In this document: in pieces, positions 59,062 through 64,000 of the stretch
Layout of the letters: each line of letters begins with the position of its first letter
Numbering within the stretch: position 1 is the stretch's first letter
IMG/VR virus record: IMGVR_UViG_3300046321_000078
DNA from: an uncultured virus (IMG/VR IMGVR_UViG_3300046321_000078)
Lineage: Duplodnaviria; Heunggongvirae; Uroviricota; Caudoviricetes
DNA: 64,000 bases
Reading direction: 5' to 3' (one strand)
Notes under the pieces: generated by a model
Databases searched by the model: none
Seen by the model: only the letters and a program-made list of their open reading frames with translations
What the model was told of the DNA's origin: nothing
Position numbers and translations under genes: made by a program

Positions 59062-59376
59062 CTATTGAAATGGATCACCAAATGGCTTCTTCTCTTCAAC
59101 TTCGGGAATATCTGCGTCTGTTATCATCATAACCTCAGACATAGGTATAGCAACCTGAACGTCAATACTCTCTCCAAGATAATAGAAGTTCTCATCACAG
59201 TCAAGTAAAACATTCTTTATGATAGGATTACCTCCCAATGATGAATTCTCTTTTAATACTACAGATACAAACTTACCACCTAAATGTTTCAATAACTTAT
59301 TTGTCTGTACTTTTTTTCTAATCTTTTTCATCAACTGCCTCGAGTAAGTATATACTGGTTTTCGTTTCAAGTTCAT
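59062..59376 (-). CDS. hypothetical protein (Sm/SH3-like beta pattern; start uncertain)
   Basis: Beta-rich ORF before the polymerase. Confidence 0.45.
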   Translation of the reverse strand: MNLKRKPVYTYSRQLMKKIRKKVQTNKLLKHLGGKFVSVVLKENSSLGGNPIIKNVLLDCDENFYYLGESIDVQVAIPMSEVMMITDADIPEVEEKKPFGDPFQ

Positions 59377-59590
59377 AACCTTTTATATGTCTTGTAATAT
59401 TTATAATAGGAGAGGTTGACAGTGCATCATCCCATCTTTTTCCTTGAATATGTACCCACATCTTATGTGAACGATGTATTAAAGACGCTTGACCTTGTTG
59501 GGTATATCCTACAGGTATACTTGAGTAATGATCATCTTTTATTTTAATCTTTGTTAGTTTATATGTCTTATTTTTGTGTATTTTCAACAT
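59318..59590 (-). CDS. hypothetical protein, leaderless
   Basis: TSPI...ETKTSIY.L motif; ATG 7 bp from the -10 element. Confidence 0.55.
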   Translation of the reverse strand: MLKIHKNKTYKLTKIKIKDDHYSSIPVGYTQQGQASLIHRSHKMWVHIQGKRWDDALSTSPIINITRHIKGYELETKTSIYLLEAVDEKD

Positions 59591-59596
59591 TGTTAT

Positions 59597-59625
59597 AATA
59601 TATCAGGTTTTCTGTGTATTGTCAA
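59597..59625 (-). promoter_or_regulatory. sigma70 promoter TTGACA-17-TATATT
   Basis: Near-consensus; heads the polymerase unit. Confidence 0.75.
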
Positions 59626-59630
59626 CAAAT

Positions 59631-59654
59631 AAAAAAGGGACAATTACGTTGCCC
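59631..59654 (-). terminator. intrinsic terminator
   Basis: GGGCAA-CGTAA-TTGTCCC-TTTTTT. Confidence 0.7.
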
Positions 59655-59874
59655 ACTCGGTTCACTTAAAATACGGTAGAACTCCCGCTATAGGTGGTGC
59701 GCTATTACCACTTCCTTGTACTTCGGAGCTAGAAAGACCTTCGTCACTTATATGACATGTTCGGCATGTTTCAAAGGAGAGGAAGTCTCAGTTCTAGTCT
59801 ATGCTATTTCCAGATGCTCGAGTTTAGCTTATTATCACTTCCTGAACAGCACCAGCTTACACAGCTCTATAGAT
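59631..59874 (-). ncRNA. candidate structured ncRNA (~240 nt)
   Basis: GC-enriched gap between genes with many complementary segments, ending in a terminator. Confidence 0.5.
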
Positions 59875-60129
59875 TTAAGATTTCATTGGGGGTAATTTTG
59901 ATACCTCATAAGTTTTCCAATCAGGAACAGAACTTAAGCGTTCTTCAGCTTTAGCTGCTGTTAAGAACCCTCGCTGCTCTAGTCCTTTAATTACATCTGC
60001 TGGTTTTTCTAAAATAAGCTTATCGCCCTTCTTTAAAACCATATCCTGTTCAACGGTAATAATAGACTTACCTGTTTTTGATTTAGACACATATCCAACT
60101 TTTCCAGCTGGTAACTTAAATTCGCTCAC
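59875..60129 (-). CDS. hypothetical protein
   Basis: GTG 60129 after AGGAGA. Confidence 0.55.
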   Translation of the reverse strand: MSEFKLPAGKVGYVSKSKTGKSIITVEQDMVLKKGDKLILEKPADVIKGLEQRGFLTAAKAEERLSSVPDWKTYEVSKLPPMKS

Positions 60130-60288
60130 TAGTTTCTCCTTCTTCAATCGCAGGTAATTCTGCTATTTCTTTTAATAATTCTTGTATAAACTTAGCTTCT
60201 TCACTATCTAAGTCTTCTGACAGTAATGTAACATTTCTAGCCTTTAGCAAAGGTGTGATACCTTTTAGATAAGTAGTAATGGCTTTCA

Positions 60289-60627
60289 TTACATCTCCTT
60301 TAATATTTTAGCCTTAGCCTCGTCAGACACTCCAGCAACACCTTCTGATAGCTTCTGCTTCATATCATTCTTCAACACTTCTTTTGCTTTTAAAACAACA
60401 CTAACAGCTTGGTATAGCTTCTGAGCTTTGACATTCTGAAAACGGTCAGCTTCATAAGACATATCGGTCATTACAGCATTAAACACTTTAGCTAAGGTTA
60501 CATTATCTTTATGAGAAACTGTAAACTCCTTAATTAAATCTGTTGCTGTAATTTGTAAATTCTTGTACAACACTAATGCTGTACGTACTTCATCTTCTTG
60601 TGTTGGTGCTTGTTGTTCTTCAGACAT
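60289..60627 (-). CDS. hypothetical protein
   Basis: 112 aa, helical. Confidence 0.55.
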   Translation of the reverse strand: MSEEQQAPTQEDEVRTALVLYKNLQITATDLIKEFTVSHKDNVTLAKVFNAVMTDMSYEADRFQNVKAQKLYQAVSVVLKAKEVLKNDMKQKLSEGVAGVSDEAKAKILKEM

Positions 60628-60795
60628 TTTATTTTGTACCTTTCTTATTTCTATAGTACATAGGCGTTACTATACTGTTTTTAATATAATCAAGTTCTTT
60701 TACAAGCTCTTTATGCTCTACTTTTGTTATTGGTAATCCTGTTCTAAATTTAGAGCCTAGACTTTTTAATTCTTTTATCATTTTATTTGATTTCA

Positions 60796-61359
60796 CTACA
60801 AATCATCTCCTGAGTTTGTTACTGTTGTAGCCGTTGGTTTTGTTGGTCTACGAAAAGATGGAGCAGGCTTGTTTACTTCAGCGGTTACTGGACTCAGATT
60901 CGTAGCGGGAGCAAATGCCGGATTAACTACTGGAGAGTTTGTCACAATTGTAACAGTTTCCATTTTACCGTGTGTATTTGTCGCATCCGCATCTTTTGTA
61001 TCGTCAATTAAGAATAAACCATTTAATGAATATTTTTTCGCGTAGGAGCTAGTTGAACCTGTAATTTGAGAACTACTCATTCCTTTAGCTTCGTCAGCTT
61101 CTCTAGCATAGGCAGAATTTGATAGTTTATTCTCTCCGTCGGTAATAGTTGACGTAGACTTTACATAAATTCTTCCGCCCAACTCAACCATCTCGTCATT
61201 AATAGTGAGAACCAGTCCTGACTCTTTTAATAACGGTTTTACTGCTTCTAGAATATCTTCACAGTTCCGGTAGTGGTAGTTTCCAAATTTATTGAATTGA
61301 GATTTTGGAGCCTTGAGGCTGACCTGTATCATTGCTACTTTTTTAATAAAATCTTTCAT
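60796..61359 (-). CDS. Erf-family single-strand annealing protein
   Basis: KAPKSQFNKFGNY.YR..EDIL..VKPLL; Q.TGSTSSYAKKY.L.GLF.I..DAD. Confidence 0.85.
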   Translation of the reverse strand: MKDFIKKVAMIQVSLKAPKSQFNKFGNYHYRNCEDILEAVKPLLKESGLVLTINDEMVELGGRIYVKSTSTITDGENKLSNSAYAREADEAKGMSSSQITGSTSSYAKKYSLNGLFLIDDTKDADATNTHGKMETVTIVTNSPVVNPAFAPATNLSPVTAEVNKPAPSFRRPTKPTATTVTNSGDDL

Positions 61360-61569
61360 TTAATTGCCCCCTCTACATAAAGATTCTAAATATAAATTTA
61401 CGTCCGTATCACTGGGGTCTATTTTTTTGTTCATCATAACACTAGCTACTTCTAATTGAAAAAAAGTATTATCTACAACTTCATCAAGTGCTTCTTGACT
61501 TAAATTGTAATATTGATCTTTTACAATAAAATTGACATCTTCTGATGTTAGTTTATATCTTTGCTGCAT
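61360..61569 (-). CDS. hypothetical protein
   Basis: AGGAGA RBS. Confidence 0.55.
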   Translation of the reverse strand: MQQRYKLTSEDVNFIVKDQYYNLSQEALDEVVDNTFFQLEVASVMMNKKIDPSDTDVNLYLESLCRGGN

Positions 61570-61577
61570 ATATTCTC

Positions 61578-61952
61578 CTATCGTTTTGGTTTATTCATAC
61601 CGCTTAAAGGTAATCCGTTTAATACTCTAGCAATAGCTTCTTGACATCTAGCCTGAGCAACAGCCTTACTAGATTCTGATCGTACAACACTATTGATTCG
61701 ACATTCATTTGTTTGAGGGTTATATAATACTTCAGTTACATCCCACTTACCATGCTCATTTTTATTTACACCAAAAGATTGTTGCCACTTTGTTGTAGTA
61801 TCTGCTAGTTTAGCTAAAGTATCTTTATGTGTTTCCATTACTTTCTTAGCTGCTTCTTTAAAATCTTCTTTTTTCTTTACTTCGATAGTAGAGGAAGCTT
61901 CTTTTAAAAGAGCCTCTAACTCATCGTCCTCAAACACATTATTCTTTGCCAT
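61578..61952 (-). CDS. hypothetical protein
   Basis: AAGGAG RBS. Confidence 0.6.
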   Translation of the reverse strand: MAKNNVFEDDELEALLKEASSTIEVKKKEDFKEAAKKVMETHKDTLAKLADTTTKWQQSFGVNKNEHGKWDVTEVLYNPQTNECRINSVVRSESSKAVAQARCQEAIARVLNGLPLSGMNKPKR

Positions 61953-62221
61953 TAAAACTCCTTCTTAAATGTTACAGATGTTGTATCTTTTATCTTTATG
62001 CTAAAATTTCTATTTAACTTTACTGATATATCTACACCACTAGATGCTGCTACCATTGGTAAAATATACTCATAAACATAAGTTGGTGCAATATCTCTAG
62101 CTTTTAATTCAACGTTAGTAATCAATTCTGTAATGGATGGTTTGTGATAAGCATAGCTAATATATGCTTCATTGCAACCTTTTCCATTTATACAAATTAA
62201 TGCTACTAACATTTCTTCCAC
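61952..62221 (-). CDS. hypothetical protein
   Basis: Overlap coupling. Confidence 0.5.
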   Translation of the reverse strand: MEEMLVALICINGKGCNEAYISYAYHKPSITELITNVELKARDIAPTYVYEYILPMVAASSGVDISVKLNRNFSIKIKDTTSVTFKKEF

Positions 62222-62454
62222 TATTTATACCTGCACTGTTTGTCTATATCTTGCTGTAGCATATCAGAGTTGGTGTAGTTTGTCAAGTAATCTTTTTTAT
62301 CAACAAACATACCAGCATACTTCTGTCCTTCTTTTGTATAAGTATAGGATAGATCCACACATGCCAGTTTTGTTTTAATAAAGCTTGGGTTATTGAAATC
62401 TGTTTTACTATTAATTAAAGCTGCCATGATTACAAATAAACCTGCGCTACTCAC
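62221..62454 (-). CDS. hypothetical protein (start uncertain)
   Basis: GGAGG RBS; hydrophobic N-terminus. Confidence 0.45.
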   Translation of the reverse strand: MSSAGLFVIMAALINSKTDFNNPSFIKTKLACVDLSYTYTKEGQKYAGMFVDKKDYLTNYTNSDMLQQDIDKQCRYK

Positions 62455-62762
62455 TATGTACCTCCGGTTTGTGAAATAATAGATTTTAACTTTTCTACTT
62501 GACGCTCTAAGTATTTAATTGTATTTTTAGCGTCTTCTACAAATCTTCGGTTCATTTGATATACTTTTTCAGTAGCTTTTAATTGGGTTTCAAGTTCAAA
62601 AATAATATCTTCTTTGCATATCCTCTGATGAGTAATCTCATTCTTAAGATATTCGTAAGCTGAGTATTCAATAACGTGTATGTCCGTAGGATTCACTTTT
62701 TCTTCTGAAAAAACATCTCCATATGCTGTATCATATTTGAGATAATATTCTTTTTTGCTCAT
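62454..62762 (-). CDS. hypothetical coiled-coil protein
   Basis: IHVIEYSAY motif; GGAGGAG RBS. Confidence 0.55.
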   Translation of the reverse strand: MSKKEYYLKYDTAYGDVFSEEKVNPTDIHVIEYSAYEYLKNEITHQRICKEDIIFELETQLKATEKVYQMNRRFVEDAKNTIKYLERQVEKLKSIISQTGGT

Positions 62763-63880
62763 TTTGACTCCTCCTCTTTACATAGACCTTTCATTGTTTT
62801 TCCACCAGACATACACAAATCTAAATATGGGCAGTTTCCTCCAAAGTGGTCACGGCACCTGTCTGTATTCTTTGGAAATATTCCAGTACCTATAGCCTGA
62901 GTCACTACATCAATATTTTCTATAGTCATAGTCTCAAATTGCTTCGGCATATCTTGTATAATTACTTGAAACTCGGCTTCCGGTGTTACCACTTCAGCCC
63001 AGTCTCCATTACATCTATAAGCTTTGCCTGTTCCAGGTCCTGTCATTGGAGGATCAATCATATTATCACAGGTCTTGTGACTACTTTTCCCAATGTGATT
63101 ACATTCTTTACAAGTTTTAACTCTGTTATAATTAAGATTCTTTTTCATAACTATAAAACCAGCTTTTCTAGTATTATAGTTATCACCTTCCATATGTACA
63201 TACAAGGCTAGTTGTGTTGACTTACTTGGACTATCCCATTCATAATCCCTAGCCGATGATTTATTATCAAGGATGACCGTGCCGTGACCTTCTACGTCTG
63301 CTATAAAGTCAATAAATCCTGAAAGCTCATCTCCAGATCCATTATCTGCTTTAATTTCTTTTTGAACGCAATGTACTTTTGTTATCTTTGGTAGTATTTT
63401 TGTTTTGTATCCTTCAATTATATACTTAGCTTTATTTTTCATACATAGCCAGTTATGTAGATTGAAGAATGACTTCTCGTCATCCGTAAGCTTATCCCAA
63501 GACTCTTCCTTCTTCTTTATTACTAATTCACTGAACTTGAATTGTTTGATTTCACCTGAAGCAATTCTTTTTGCAATTTCTTCGTAATCGCTCGGTGTAA
63601 GTAAACTAGACTCATAATCTTTGTTCGCGTATAATAATTTCGTAGTTGTCGGTATATAGATCGGAGCTTTGTTAATAACTCCATTTGTCCAACACTTAAG
63701 GAAAGTTTCATAGGGGTCATTCTCCGTTTTCATTAGTAATTCATTTATAGCTTTATCTAATGCATCACCAAAGATTAATGCTGATGATGTCCAAGTAGGT
63801 CGTATTTTCTTTATATAATGATACTCGTACATTTTTGGGCATTGTAAGAATTTAGAGGTGGAGCTGTGGCTAATTTTCAT
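62759..63880 (-). CDS. PD-(D/E)XK exonuclease (Cas4/AddB-like, probable Fe-S cluster)
   Basis: ISHS....FLQCP, GFIDFI...ILDNKS, QLALY, C...CPYLDLC. Confidence 0.85.
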   Translation of the reverse strand: MKISHSSTSKFLQCPKMYEYHYIKKIRPTWTSSALIFGDALDKAINELLMKTENDPYETFLKCWTNGVINKAPIYIPTTTKLLYANKDYESSLLTPSDYEEIAKRIASGEIKQFKFSELVIKKKEESWDKLTDDEKSFFNLHNWLCMKNKAKYIIEGYKTKILPKITKVHCVQKEIKADNGSGDELSGFIDFIADVEGHGTVILDNKSSARDYEWDSPSKSTQLALYVHMEGDNYNTRKAGFIVMKKNLNYNRVKTCKECNHIGKSSHKTCDNMIDPPMTGPGTGKAYRCNGDWAEVVTPEAEFQVIIQDMPKQFETMTIENIDVVTQAIGTGIFPKNTDRCRDHFGGNCPYLDLCMSGGKTMKGLCKEEESK

Positions 63881-63886
63881 AATTTT

Positions 63887-63915
63887 ACTATATCCTAGAT
63901 TTCAGTTATTGTCAA
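63887..63915 (-). promoter_or_regulatory. sigma70 promoter TTGACA-17-TATAGT (leaderless start at 63880)
   Basis: Near-consensus; ATG 7 bp from the -10 element. Confidence 0.75.
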
Positions 63916-64000
63916 GCGTTTCCATTGCAGCTTCAGATCTTTGTACTTTCCTGCTGACTTTCTTTTTCCGGATATGTGTTTGCTTAACATACTCACTGAT

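Noticed and set aside
1..64000. Genome-wide TAG reassignment
   Set aside because: Long genes are uninterrupted in code 11 and several end sensibly at TAG; only one in-frame TAG was seen. The in-frame lon/1302 junction is explained by an RBS overlapping the stop.
1..64000. CRISPR array, tRNA, rRNA, integrase, reverse transcriptase/DGR
   Set aside because: None recognised by eye; the Cas4-like gene is next to Erf and fits recombination. tRNAscan was not run.

Overview
An AT-rich segment of a tailed dsDNA phage genome, probably podovirus-like: P22/T7-style portal, nozzle and ejection proteins, and no tape measure. The + strand (12.9-49.0 kb) is the virion and lysis module: terminase, portal, fibres, scaffold, a major capsid gene interrupted by a group I intron carrying a LAGLIDADG ORF, an M15 endolysin, tail and ejection proteins. 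The - strand carries early and replication genes: MoxR-like AAA ATPase, full-length Lon, membrane-anchored ClpP-like protease, primase-helicase, a family B DNA polymerase split over two ORFs, Erf, a Cas4-like exonuclease, a Mom-like DNA modifier, a DUF5664 nucleotide hydrolase, an orphan MbcA/ParS-like antitoxin and four HNH nucleases. The most unusual signals are regulatory. These are a nine-copy + strand motif TAACATATAYY (candidate late promoter), sigma70 promoters that appear to make leaderless mRNAs, two ~62-nt promoter-hairpin-terminator sRNA units (one shows an anti-Shine-Dalgarno UCUCCU loop), a promoter antisense to the capsid leader, and a ~240-nt structured ncRNA candidate. All calls come from reading motifs by eye; no database searches were run.
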